The notes: generated by a model not told the origin, from the letters alone. A DNA stretch of 64,000 bases from Octopus sinensis (GCF_006345805.1 NC_043000.1:156612001-156676000); one strand, 5' to 3'. Shown: positions 38,405 to 51,900, counted from the stretch's first letter. Made by a program: numbers and translations.

Positions 38405-38828
38405 ATATCAAAGTACATAAATACAGATATATATATATGCAGAACAAACGTTATAGTTACATATACGAACGTCCATACATACATATATATGCACGTATGC
38501 ACAAGGCCAGTTAAATTTCCCGCCAAATATCCCATAAGCATGATATGGTCAAAATAAACACCGCAGTGAATATAGTGACGAATTATATAAATTTATAAAT
38601 AAGGATAATATCGATATTTAATATCGATATTATCAAGTGGTCAGCATGGGAAAAAATACCGTACAAAGGTGATAATTTTTTACAACTAAAAATAAGGGTG
38701 TCTGAGAGACACCACCATGACGAAATAGCAGTCAAAACCCTGACTTTAAAAACCACGTTAAATGTTCATATCGTACCATGAGATAAGACAGAGGGACAAA
38801 ATAGACTAGCAAAAAATATTATTGAATA

Positions 38829-38887
38829 ATTCAAGATCCAGGATTTCTGATTTTGCTTTAAATAAGCTTTACCGTCATCGGTTGAAT
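38829..38887 (-). ncRNA. Second copy of candidate hammerhead ribozyme
   Basis: Identical to 38346-38404. Confidence 0.65.
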
Positions 38888-39555
38888 ATATCAAAGTACA
38901 TAAATACAGATATATATATATGCAGAACAAACGTTATAGTTACATATACGAACGTCCATACATACATATATATGCACGTATGCACAAGGCCAGTTAAATT
39001 TCCCGCCAAATATCCCATAAGCATGATATGGTCAAAATAAACACCGCAGTGAATATAGTGACGAATTATATAAATTTATAAATAAGGATAATATCGATAT
39101 TTAAATATCGATATTATCAAGTGGCCAGCATGGGAATATATAAACATATATATAAACATACATATATAAATATATATATAAACATACATACATATTTATA
39201 AACATACATATTTAAATATATATATAAACATACATATAAACATACATATTTATAAACATACATATATATATTCTTTACTACTCTAGGCACGGGGCAGGAA
39301 TGTTTGGGGAAGTGGGGCCAGTCGATTAGAGCGCGGTTGTGTAAAACATTCAATTCACTGGTATGTCAGTTGAATCCACAAGGGCATTATGCAAATTACA
39401 AAAAAAAAAATTAAATAGAGCGATATACTTCACAATCCAATAACTTATTTATATTATAACATAATATATTATGAATAAACTTAAACAATTATTTTAAAAA
39501 AAACGTCTCGTTCATGTCGAAGACAATCTTTCGCTATTACAATAACATGCAACAA

Positions 39556-39680
39556 TCTATAAGTATAAAACTGAGAATGTGTGTCTGTCTGTCTGTCTCT
39601 CAGTCCTAAAGCTTGAGAACTACACAACCAATTTCATTCAAATTTTACACATGTCTTACTTAGGGTCCATGTAATATGTG
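39556..39680 (+). mobile_element. Helitron-like 5' end
   Basis: A|TCTATAAGTATAAAA start followed by (TGTC)n; same layout as the 5' end of 47030-47429. Confidence 0.5.
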
Positions 39681-39833
39681 CACGCTCGCTCTGGGCGCCA
39701 TTGGGGCGACTGTACACAGCTACCGGCCCACAGTCGACGCTATATCAAAATATAAAAAAGCACTACGCAGTGTCTCATATTTGTGTTTGCCCACTCAGTT
39801 GTATCTATCAATTTATCTTTGTGTGTGTATGTT

Positions 39834-39871
<38 letters not shown>

Positions 39872-39872
39872 C

Positions 39873-39906
<34 letters not shown>

Positions 39907-39934
39907 ACTTTATTTTAAGCAGCAGAAAATTCAA

Positions 39935-39984
39935 CAAAATCTGTTACTCTGAGTTTCTCGTTGCCGTTCATCAGACAGTTTTTG
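39935..39984 (-). ncRNA. Candidate type I hammerhead ribozyme (inverted copy)
   Basis: Exact reverse complement of 41761-41810. Confidence 0.75.
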
Positions 39985-40604
39985 CTAGAATGGAACTTAT
40001 ATATTAATTCAATCTATACTCTTACAAACGCTACACCTTTAAAAAGAAATGGACTTGTTTGATTGGCCCTTTAGAAAAAACGGTCAATCTTCGAGCGATA
40101 AACAAAAGGTCAAAAATATATGTATATATATATAAAAAAACTTATAAAAATTATAAAATCCGAGGAAAAAACCGAGGAAAAAACCTATTGCCGTTAATGA
40201 AGACAGTACAAAGTAATGCATAGAAATTAAACCTGTTATAAATACTGCAATACATATTTATATTAAAATCTACATATATATATCAACACACACAAAAGGA
40301 TGCGCGTAAACGCCATACATACATATACAGACGTATGAATATGAATCTAAATATACACATAAAAGCATGTGTACATATATTCACGCAAACCGTCTCGCAC
40401 GCAAGCTAAAATTCATCTATGTAGCAATTCTCATATACTGAGCAAGGAGGGGGAACGAAAGAAAGGGAAAGAGAGAAAAAGGAACGAAGGAGGGGTGGGG
40501 AAAAAACTTGTAACGATGTTATTGGCATCTATAGAGGCCAGTATACATACACAAGTTTGAATTGATACATATACATACCGTCGTGTATATGTGTGCTTAA
40601 GCAC

Positions 40605-40760
40605 AACAAATATAATTTCAAGTGCAGACTTTGCCTATTAGAGAAAATGCACATCTTATTCAAAGACAATAATTCTTTGAATCAAAGAAGTGAGTTAATG
40701 AACTTATGTAGGCACGCGGCTAAATTTAAAATGTCGAATATAAATATACCATATGGATAG
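40605..40760 (+). pseudogene. PLE GIY-YIG C-terminal remnant
   Basis: NKYNFKCRLCLLEKMHILFKDNNSLNQRSELMNLCRHAAKFKMSNINIPYG* (below the ORF-track cutoff). Confidence 0.8.
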
Positions 40761-41760
40761 AGTATATATTTTGTATTTTTGATTTTTGATTTTGATTTTG
40801 ACTCTTGAGCGCTACGACGGATTTATAGCAAAGTCTTATGTTTCTACATATATATTAGGAAAAACCTACAAACTTTGTTTTCATGTTATTGTATTGCATA
40901 GGATTACCTTGATTATTTATATTACCTTGATTATTTATAAATGACCCAAAATAGGATGTTATATTTTATTTTATATGTTTTTCGTATATATTTTTATTAA
41001 TGCACCCATTTTTTAAAAGCAATGTTTTTTTAAAAAAAGCAATGTTGTCAAAATTAGAATATTTATATATGTATGTGTATAGCAAAGCATATGTATTTGT
41101 AAGCATGCGTATCTGTGTATGTGTAAGTGAAAGTATGCTTGTGCTTAAGCACACATATACACGACGGTATGTATATGTATCAATTCAAACTTGTGTATGT
41201 ATACTGGCCTCTATAGATGCCAATAACATCGTTACAAGTTTTTTCCCCACTCCTCCTTCGTTCCTTTTTCTCTCTTTCCCTTTCTTTCGTTCCCCCTCCT
41301 TGCTCAGTATATGAGAATTGCTACATAGATGAATTTTAGCTTGCGTGCGAGACGGTTTGCGTGAATATATGTACACATGCTTTTATGTGTATATTTAGAT
41401 TCATATTCATACGTCTGTATATGTATGTATGGCGTTTACGCGCATCCTTTTGTGTATGTTGATATATATATGTAGATTTTAATATAAATATGTATTGCAG
41501 TATTTATAACAGTTTAATTTCTATGCATTAATTTGTACTGTCTTCATTAACGGCAATAGGTTTTTTCCTCGGTTTTTTCCTCGGATTTTATAATTTTTAT
41601 AAGTTTTTTTATATATATATACATATATTTTTGACCTTTTTGTTTATCGCTCGAAGATTGACCGTTTTTTCTAAAGGGCCAATCAAACAAGTCCATTTCT
41701 TTTTAAAGGTGTAGCGTTTGTAAGAGTATAGATTGAATTAATATATAAGTTCCATTCTAG

Positions 41761-41810
41761 CAAAAACTGTCTGATGAACGGCAACGAGAAACTCAGAGTA
41801 ACAGATTTTG
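41761..41810 (+). ncRNA. Candidate type I hammerhead ribozyme
   Basis: CAAAAACTGT-CTGATGA-ACG GCAA CGA-GAAA-CTC A GAG-TA-ACAGATTTTG; predicted cleavage after 41800; AATAAA at 41831. Confidence 0.75.
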
Positions 41811-41908
41811 TTGAATTTTCTGCTGCTTAAAATAAAGCATATTACTCTACCACTGGTATTTGAGTACTCTTTTTTCCACCTTGTTTCACATTTATGTGTT
41901 TACATTCC

Positions 41909-41974
<66 letters not shown>

Positions 41975-42041
41975 TTTCGTAGACAGGAACTGAAACAAAT
42001 CAATCGTATATATATATGTATGTATATATGTAAGTGTATGT

Positions 42042-44746
42042 ATTTTGATATTGGCAACATGAATGACAATGGTCAGAGACTACTTGAATTTTGCACATAC
42101 CATAACCCGTGCATCACCAACACATTCTTTGCCAACAAGCCATCCCACAAGGCATCTTGGAGACATCCGAGATCTCACCCCTGGCATCAGCTGGATCTCA
42201 TTATTACACAAAGATCCTTTCTGAATTCTGTTCAACTGACCCGTAGTTACAACAGTACAGATTGTGACACATTATTCACTAATAAGAAGCAGGGCGAGGA
42301 TTCTGCCTAAGAAAGTCCATCACTCCAAGAAAATGGGCTAACCACGCATTAACACTGCCAGAACCTCGGACCCTACACTGCGAAAATGTTTTGCTGTTTC
42401 TATCAAGGTTGCCCTCAATAGCTGCCCAACCTCCTCTGCTGAAAGTAGGTGGAATTATATCAGGGAAACTTTGTATACCACATCAATAGATACTTTCGGC
42501 ATGAGAGAAAGGCAAAACCCAGATTGGTTCAGTGCTGGGCTCTCAGAGCTGGAAACAGTTATCGAAACAAAGCGTGCAGCTCTGATGCAATACAAGAGTG
42601 ATTCTTCTACAAAGTCACTCGAAGAACTCAAAAAGGCAAGAAATAAAACCCAACTGACTGTGCAAATAGGTATTGGCAGGAAGTCTGTCAGAGTACCCAG
42701 TCAGCTGCTGACAGTGGCGACACCCATGGGATGTGTGCCGATTTGAAGAAGGCCCTCGTTCCATCCGCAACCAAGTCAGCCCCTCTGAAATCAACTACTG
42801 GAGATATTATCAAGAACCAAAGCAAGCAAATAGATAGATGGGTGGAGTACTACTAGGATCTCTACTCACGGGAGACCACGGTAGCTGAGGCTGCAATCGA
42901 GGGTGTCAAGATCTTGCCAATCATGTGTGAACTTGACAGTCTGTCATCTATAGCAGAGCTCACCAAGGCTATTGACTCCCTAACAAGTAACAAGGCTCCG
43001 AGAAAAGACGTCATCCCCTTAGATATCATCAAAACCGGCAAAAACACCATCCTGCTTCTGGCACCTTCATGAGCTCTGTGTCAGTGCTGGGAAGAGGGTA
43101 CAGTCCCTCAGGATATGCGGGATGTTAACATCATTACGCTTTACAAATACAAAGGTGAACGTGGTGATTGTAGCAATTACCGTGGAATATCTCTTCTTAG
43201 CACTGTTGGAAAGGCCTTTGCTCACATTATCCTGTCCAGGCTACAACTGCTTGCTTCTCGAATTTATCCAGAATCGCAGTGTGGCTTTAGAAGAAGCAGA
43301 TCAACTATTGACATGATATTCTCCACACGCCAACTTCAGGAGAAGTCCAGAGAGCAGAAAATGCCTTTATATATGACCTTTGTTGATTTGACAAAGGCCT
43401 TTGACTTGGTAAGTAGAAAAGGCCTCTTCATCCTGCTCCAAAAAATCGGATGTCCACCAAAGCTGCTGAGGATCATCACATCTTTCCATGATGATATGCA
43501 AGGCACCATACTGCACAATGGTTCAACATCAGCCGCCTTCCAAATGAAAAATGGGGTAAAGCAAGGTTTTGTCCTTGCTCCTACATTATTTGGCATCTTC
43601 TTCTCGCTGCTGCTGCCACATGCCTTTGCGGCATCAGATGATGGAGTGTTTCTGCACAGTAGAAGTGATGGGAAACTGTTCAATCTCTCGCGTTTGCGTG
43701 TCAAGACCAAAATCAGAAGCGTCCTGATGAAGGAGGTGCTATTTGCTAATGATGCCGCTCTGGTATCACACACAGAAGAAGACCTACGAAGGCTCATCAA
43801 TTGTTTTGAGCAAGCATGTAGCAACTTTGGCTTAGTTATCAGCCTCAAGAAGACCAACATCATGGGTCAGGCTACATCGGTCATCCCAAACATACATATT
43901 GGAGACCACAGTATAATGGAGGTAGAGAAGTTTACTTACCTTGGCTCTACCGTCAACTACAACCTATCCCTTGATGCTGACCTCAATATACTCATTGGCA
44001 ACGCAGCTGCTGTGATGGCCCAACTATCCAAACGGGCATGGGACAACAATGAGCTGACCAAGACCACAAAAATGAAGATTTACCAGACATGTGTACTTAG
44101 CACTCTACTGTATGGAAGTGAGACTTGAACGCCATACACACGCCATACTACGCCACACGCCACCTAAATATCTTTCACCTGCGCTGCCTCCGGGAAATCC
44201 TTCGCATCAAATGGCAGAATCATGTCCTCAAACAAGTAGGAATACCAAGCATGTTTGCACTCCTAACACAAAGACATATGAGATGGCTTGGACGTGTTAG
44301 CCGTATGGAAGATGACAGAATCCCCAAAGACATACTCTACGGAGAGCTTGCTGTGGGCACTAGGTCTGTGGGAAGACCGTTCTTACGATACAAGGATGTT
44401 TGCAAAAAGGACATAAATGCCTGCAACATCAATATTTCCAACAAGGAAGCAGTTGCCAGCAACCGTGGAGATTGGCGACGTACCGTAAAATAGGGAACAC
44501 AAAGAGTGACATAGAGAGAGAGGAGAAATGGAAAGACAAGAAAAGACGTCAACAAGAAAGTATGACATTACAACCAGTCAGGCAAAGTCTTCGCTACATT
44601 TGCGGCACCTGCCAGAGGAAGTGTTTGTCCAGGATAGGACTACACAGCCACAGTAGATGTATTAGGACATGAAATGTAAAAGCCGGACTAGAATATTTTA
44701 TGCGCAACTCCATTGTCTCCCGAGACAAAAAGGATGCCAACAACAA
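42042..44746 (+). mobile_element. RTE-clade LINE, 5'-truncated and pseudogenised (APE end, RT, C2H2, (CAA)n tail)
   Basis: [23 protein letters not shown]; YRGISLLS, PESQCGFR, FVDLTKAFD, GVKQG..LAPTLF, LFAND; CGTCQRKCLSRIGLHSH; stem-loop TTGTCTC-CC-GAGACAA. Confidence 0.95.
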
Positions 44747-45046
44747 TATATATGGATTTCGTCGACAGGAACTGAAACAAATTAATCGTATATATATGTA
44801 TGTATATATGTAAGTGTATGTGTGTGTCTTTGTCTCTGTGTTTCGCCCTCATCGCTTCACTACTGCTGTTCATTTATTTACATCCACTTACTGGTTTCAC
44901 AAGAACAAACTAATAGAATAAGTACCAGGCTTATCACCATAAAAAAGCACTAGGCTGTGTCTCATATTTTTGTTTGCCCAATCGGTTGTATCTATTAATT
45001 TATCTTTGTATGTGTGTGTGTATATCTATATCTATATCTATATCTA

Positions 45047-45149
<103 letters not shown>

Positions 45150-45176
45150 ATATATATATATATCCATCTATCTATC

Positions 45177-45204
<28 letters not shown>

Positions 45205-45208
<4 letters not shown>

Positions 45209-46514
45209 AAACACCCTAATGGGAGCCTTGACACCCAAATTTTAGTCATTTCTTTTATGATCCAAAACTAGGTCAAACGTACTGAATGGGTCTTTATGAA
45301 ATTTGGAAATTATATTCTATGCATAAGGGCCATAAACCCCATGACAATTCATATATTTTTGCTGTTGAGGAAATTTTAACCATAGATATTAGATACAAAT
45401 GAAGTAATATTTATAAAATTTCATCTTCTTATAAGTTATAAAGACCCCTCCATGAGGACATAACACCCACAATTTTGTCATTTTATCAAAGCAAAAACGA
45501 ATACAGTTGTGCTCTTGGAAGCTGTAGGGTTACCTGAGCATAAAAGTTGAGCATTATTTCTAATTCAATGGTACAACAGTGTAACAGTTTGCTTTGACAT
45601 ACACTTACATTGTGATTTCTGCAATGTGGTGCATAAATTGTCAAGTAAATGAGAGGTATCTTTGCTTTCACTGATTCAGTTGCAAAGAGTTGAGTAAAGT
45701 TATTTGATTGCAGAGATCCTTTCAGTCTTTTTATTATCACTCGGTCACACATAGTCCCCAGATGGTAACATTGATTTCAAGGCTTTTCCAGATGAGTGAC
45801 TGGTTATTCAAAGACATTTATAGATTTTAAATTTATTCTGTCCAGTTACATATCAGTATAGTGGTCATTTGCAAACTCCAACTTTCATTTCTCCTTAGCC
45901 CTCACGTCACACAGTTGCTAAAGTTTATTTCAGTTGGGTCACGCCCTTTCAATTGCTATAGATTCGTAATGCATCTTACGGCTGTGTCTGTCACCTGGAT
46001 GGTGAGGAATCCTACATTGGGAGTGGTAACGACTAAGGTAGGGTAACTGACTGCTTATTGTGATCATTCGTCTTTTGGTTTCCTGTAGCTTTTCTCTCTC
46101 TTACAAACCCAGTGAACATATATTTCCTATTTCAAATAAATTCAAATAATAGATATAAGACCCAAGTTAAAAAGATTCTCAACAATTCAACTTATCTGGT
46201 TGACATTAAGATGCCCACCCCCAACAGGGGCCTTAACTCTCTCATTTTAGAGCTCCATGCCCTTCATTTTTCTGGAGCAAAATCTTTTTAACAGGTTCAA
46301 TAAGACTGGAATTTTGGAATATGCGCATAAAAATCAGTAGTATGGGATATATGTGGCACGATTACAATTTTGGTGGGTGGGTGGGTGGGTTGTAAAGAGG
46401 GAAATATCCCTCATCTGCAATTTTGATAAAATTCGAAACATTAGAGGAAATATAACAGAAAAGTCTAATTTTCCAATTGTATGTAACACGGGTAACGCCG
46501 GGTATCTCTGCTAG
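45205..46514 (+). mobile_element. Helitron-like element; 5' boundary uncertain
   Basis: 3' end CGGGTAACGCCGGGTATCTCTGCTAG|T. Confidence 0.6.
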
Positions 46515-46535
46515 TATATATATATATATATATAT

Positions 46536-46760
46536 GAGCTGGCAGAAACGTTAGCACGCCGGGCGAAATGCGTTGCCGTATTTCGTCTGCCGTTACGTTC
46601 CGAGTTCAAATTCCGCCGAGGTCGACTTTGCCTTTCATCCTTCCGGGATCGATAAATTAAGTACCAGTTTCGCACTGGGGTCGATGTAATCGACTTAATC
46701 CCTTTGTCTGTCCTTGTTTGTCTCCTCTGTGTTTAACCCCTTGTGGGTAGTAAAGAAATA
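46536..46760 (+). mobile_element. SINE family B in (TA)n
   Basis: High similarity to 22793-23025. Confidence 0.92.
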
Positions 46761-47029
46761 TATAAATATATATATACATATATATATATATGATTCAACA
46801 TAAAATCAACGACTTACAAGAACATACTTTAGTCAAGGAATTTGATATACAAATTTCAATGTAAACATAAACATGAAATTTTTATACTTCATGATTCGAA
46901 TTCTTACATCGAGCACTTAAGTACGGCGCATGGATTGTCAAGGAGTCATTCCAGCACATCAGAATGCAATACACAAAACAAAATTTGATAGAAACACATT
47001 AGTTGATAGCGCTACTATCTTATATTAGA

Positions 47030-47429
47030 CTAGCAGTATCGCTCGGCGTTGCTCGGGTTTGTAAGGGAAATAACTATATAAGCATTTTTAGAGATGTAAA
47101 GTATAATAGCCATCTCAATATGGCTAACCAAAAAGGGGGGGGGGGTTACTGTAGATTTTTACGTTCTGAGATTTAATAATAAATTTTTAGACAGTTACTT
47201 CCCTTATATATGCCAAAAATGCATTAAAAATGGGAAAAATTTATGGTAATTTTTTTTTTTTAAATCGTAGACTCATCGTAGACGCGCGCTAATACCCAGA
47301 AGAGCTCGATATGAATCACGACTATAAGATACCCGGTTTTGGTTAAACTGCACCGCAAAATGTGGGAGTAGTTAGGAATCTAAATCGTAGGAGACAGACA
47401 GCACACAACCTCACTTTTATATATAAAGA
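47030..47429 (-). mobile_element. Non-autonomous Helitron, apparently complete (400 bp)
   Basis: Minus strand A|TCTTTATATATAAAA...CCCGAGCAACGCCGAG..CTAG|T: 5' TC, 3' hairpin + CTAG, A|T target. Confidence 0.85.
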
Positions 47430-47711
47430 TTCTCGTACATAAAGCTATATTTGCTCGAAGGACTTTACTTCATCGAAATACAAATTAAAAGCCATCAGAC
47501 AGATACAATGAACTTAAAATAAACCAATTAACAGGCCGAAAGTTATCTGTTAAAACAAGTTTAAAATACAGCTTGACAAATTCACCAGTTATATCAATAT
47601 TCCCACCGTCCGTGTGAACAGCAGACTAATACATGTCTGACGTTTCATTCACAGTGATGACACTGACAAGGTATTGAAGTGTTAATGGACTTGAGAATGT
47701 TATACTCTCTC

Positions 47712-47942
47712 TCTTTACTCTTTTACTTGTTTCAGTCATTTGACTGCGGCCATGCTGGAGCACCGCCTTTTTAGTCGAGCAAATCTACCCCGGATCTTAT
47801 TCTTTGTAAGCCCAGTACTTATTCTATCGGTCTCTTTTGCCGAACCGCTAAGTGACGGGGACGTAAACACACCAGCTTCAGTTGTCAAGCAATGCTAGGG
47901 GGACAAACACAAACACACAAACACATACACACACACACACAT

Positions 47943-47995
<53 letters not shown>

Positions 47996-48137
47996 CATAT
48001 ATACGGCAGGCTTCTTTCAGTTTCCGTCTACCAAATCCACTCACAAGACACTTGCCCAAGATTCCAGGCAGTGGGACTGAACCCGGAACCATGTGGTTGG
48101 TTAGCAAGCTACTTACCACACAGCCACTCCTGCGCCT
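47712..48137 (-). mobile_element. SINE family A with small internal deletion
   Basis: Matches 27890-28313. Confidence 0.92.
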
Positions 48138-48286
48138 ATGTTCCGAGCTAAACGTAAATGACTGGTAAGGAAAGTCCTCCATATAAAATATTAAGCTGAA
48201 GCACTGTAAAATCTTTATATAGATGCCCGAAAGAAAATGTTTCCTGGATACACACACACACACACACACACACACCACACACACAC

Positions 48287-48321
<35 letters not shown>

Positions 48322-48658
48322 ACATACACACACATACACACGCGCACTCCTAAACCCACTTACACAGACATGATGGGCTTCCACATAATTTCCAACTATT
48401 TCCAACTTTATTGACTGCGTTGGTCAACCCGAAGCTGTGGTCGTCACCCAAAGTTCTCCAACTGTGTCTCTAAGAAAAACTTGAAAGGTAAAAGACGACT
48501 GGTTTCGGATCTCAGGGAAGAGGAACTCTAGAAATTGACAGTTTAAGGACAAAATAGTCTTTATGTCCTCAATTAAGTTCGTTTCATCATGGCTAATACT
48601 ATGACATATAATTAATGATAGTCATAGTTTTTCTTCTTTGCAAACTATAAAAACATAT

Positions 48659-48945
48659 AGGCGCAGGAGTGGCTGTGTGGTAAGTAGCTTGCTTACCAAC
48701 CACATGGTTCCGTGTTCAGTCCCACTGCGTGACACCTGGGCAAGTGTCTTCTACTATAGCCTCGGGCCGACCAAAGCCTTGTGAGTGGATTTGGTAGACG
48801 GAAACTGAAAGAAGCCCGTCGTAGCTTAGCGGTTCGGGAAAAAGAAACTAGGCTTACAAAGAATAAGTCCTGGGGTCAATTTGCTCGACTAAAGGTGGTG
48901 CTCCAGCATGGCCGCAGTCAAATGACTGAAACAAATAAAAGAGTA
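48659..48945 (+). mobile_element. SINE family A lacking the central microsatellite block
   Basis: Head joined directly to CTTAGCGGTTCGG. Confidence 0.9.
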
Positions 48946-51900
48946 AAAAAGTGAAATAGACACAATTTGGTGTATGATTATGCAAACATAATCGAACTTG
49001 ATGGCTAATCTCTGCTTATCAAACTAAGGTGTCAGGTAAACTTTGTATAAATGCCTTATTTCCTGTGCACCAGTATGACCAGATAACAATATATTCAATA
49101 CAAAACAACGATAAGCCTAATCATCTAATAAAATGCTGCTTTTCCGGTATTTTATCTGCAATATTTCTAGTAACACTCTGAAAAACAATTTCTCTAGAAA
49201 CGCTTCATTGAATACTCGGCCTTACAAAATCAATAACCTGGGTTTTATGGTAGACATTAAATGCTTTTTATGCTTCAGTTTGTTAAAAGTACTTTATGCT
49301 TGTGTTCTTGTCACTGGAATTGCTTTTAACATTCTCAACGTAATACAAACATGAGGAAATATCTCACAAAGTTAGTAAATTTAACAATTCTGAGCTTTTC
49401 AGTCCTGGCTTTTCAAAATTTACTTCAGGTATACTATGAATATCCTAAAAAACGCTCATCGTTACGGTCAATAAGACATTGGTGTACCTTCTTAACGGCT
49501 CCTGCAATATTATAATCAATTAAAACAAAACAACACACAGAAATAGGCCTCATCAGGTGAATCATCTACGACTGTCATTAGGTGTTGTGTCGTTGTGCAA
49601 CTTTCTCTTTCGACTCACATTTCCACGGCCCTTGGAGAGTTTGGTGACAATCTCAAGATCTAATACCACATCGTTTCTTCATTCCATATGCATTTTGCAC
49701 TTGTTTCGAAACTTCATTAACTCATCAAAGAGTGTTAATGTTAGATGCCTCCCCATCTTATAAGCGATCTCTAGTTTAAATAACTTTGTTACAAATATCC
49801 AACACTTTGTTCATCTGTCCGTTTATTTTTGGTTCATTCATCTCTTATCATAGATAACACGGTATGCTCCCTGTAAATCGTTTTACATTTATTATGAATT
49901 GGTGTATAACAACACGGGTCGGTTATCAATCAAAGATTCTGCTTGAACCGCAAAAGCACCTCTCGACTGCTTTGGATACCTTGGGGGTCTAGGAACGAAA
50001 GGTATTTTACCTATATAATCTATTATTTATTTACCACTGATTTATTTAATACGGTGCTTTGTGTTAACCAAGCAGGCGACATAAACAGAGCAACAGTTAC
50101 CCTTGCATGCAAGTTTATCTTTCCCCGTGACACCGACATTGAAGAAGGTATAAGAATTAATACTAGTGACGTAGCAAGCGTTGCCGTTAGAAACCAAACT
50201 CTCGAACGACTCCGCCAATCCACTCTCTAAATTGGAACTTTATTTATCAATTGAAAAAGAGAAAAGGCCTGGATGTGAATTCGGAGTGCAAAGAATTGAA
50301 ATAAGCCCCGCAGGGTATTCTATTCAACGCTTTAAAGGTCCGGCCGATTCGTAGTGTTTTTGTCGTTATTATTATCTTGATAATAGTAACAGCGACTACG
50401 CTAGTAATAATACCATTAAGAAACACTATCTTGTTTTTCTTAGCAATAGATTTATTGCGGAGTTTCTACGTAAAAAAGAATTTTTATTATGGTTATATAA
50501 TTAATAAACAATTATCTGAATCTTATGCTCTCATAGAGAAGCTTCATAAAGAAACATTTTCTGTAATAAACTGTCAAGAAGACGTAATTCTAGATAACCA
50601 CAAACACATATTTCAGCGAGTCGAGTTGGGATTTGGGTTGGGAATTAACGTAACACTGGAGGTATTCTATTGCCTCTCTCAACAAATCTACTTTATGTGG
50701 CACGAGTTAATAAGTCTAATGCGGTCGCTCGGTTTGCAAGAAATGATAGCGAAATTTCCCTCAAACCACACCATGCTTCTTTAAAAAAAAGAAAAGAAAA
50801 GGGAAAGATAAATTGAATAATGTAGTTCAGTGGCATGCTGGTGCATGAAGACAAGATACAGGAAGATCATGGATGGATTGTCTTTTAATCATAAGTCTCG
50901 ATCAGAGTTGACTTATGATTAAAAGCTTAAACAACAACAGCAATAAATCTATGTACCTCAGCCTCAACTCAATCGACCATTTGAGGTAAACCACGTAAAC
51001 TAGATTGACCTCTTGTATAAAGAGTATTTCATATTTCGTCCGATAAATTGATGAGAAACCGAGATTATTCACCGTCTCGTCCGACTCATTGAATCCCCTG
51101 TGGGTCATGCAAGAACGAGCTGCTTTAATGTTAATAGCCATAGAGGAAAGGAAGGAACAAAAAAAAAAATGTAAAACTTTTGAGTAAAAGGTCACAGCAT
51201 TGAAGGAACTGAAACGAGAAGATATGGTTTAAAATTATCTTCAGCAAGTATGTATGTGATACCACAAGTATCTGAAATTTCTATTATAGAATAAATGCTA
51301 CACAAGTCAAAAAAAAAATATATATATATACATAAAACTAAATAGACACGAGGAGCTCTAGGTATGTTCCCAACGACATTTATGAAAAAGGTATTTGTCG
51401 AAAGAATCATATGTGCCTCTAAGAAAAATGATGTCACAGTGAAAGCCAACTTTTCTAACAATTTTCTCTCCCTCCAAGTCAATGTAATCAACTTTTATTC
51501 ATTTTTAACCTTTCTATTCCTTATAAAATAGACGATGACCTTATCATCTGTTCAGGCGGATTGCATTATTCAGTGAATTAAACCTTTAGAATTTTTCGAG
51601 AAATTTTAGTCGTTACTGCGATACTGTGATCCTTTTATCCTGGTTTATTCAAACCTAACTCGGCGGCTTTGAATGCTTATGTTGATGTTCGTTTCCAGCC
51701 CTAGAATTTTCACATTGATATTATATTACTCATTGAAGAACAACGAAAAAAGCAATTACACGGCAGAAGGTCTCGATGGAAGTCAAAGCAGTGAATAAAA
51801 CATACACATAATGAATGTGGCTTCGAGACAAACTGACTTCCTTTATCTTTAACATCGCATAGTCATCATCTAAAGTTCTGTGCAACGAACAAATAAAATA

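Larger units (their letters stand above)
38117..39136 (-). repeat. 483-bp tandem repeat (2.1 units) with one HHR motif per unit and palindromic junctions
   Basis: Units start at 38117, 38601 and 39084; identical ORFs at 38339 and 38822; 32-bp palindrome GATAATATCGATATTTAAATATCGATATTATC. Confidence 0.92.
39908..41910 (+). mobile_element. 5'-truncated Penelope-like element with 699-bp inverted pseudo-LTR copy
   Basis: 39908-40606 is the reverse complement of 41139-41837; spacer encodes a GIY-YIG C-terminus; HHR in each arm; (TA)n flanks. Confidence 0.88.

Noticed and set aside
38117-39136. CRISPR-like array of palindromic repeats
   Set aside because: The spacers are identical 450-bp duplicates, there are no cas genes and the context is eukaryotic
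43115-44128. 337-aa RT ORF as an active gene
   Set aside because: Catalytic motif reads FAND and the flanking frames carry stops and frameshifts; dead copy
45490-45830. Possible Rep/helicase remnant inside the Helitron-like element
   Set aside because: No recognisable PIF1 or HUH motifs on manual translation
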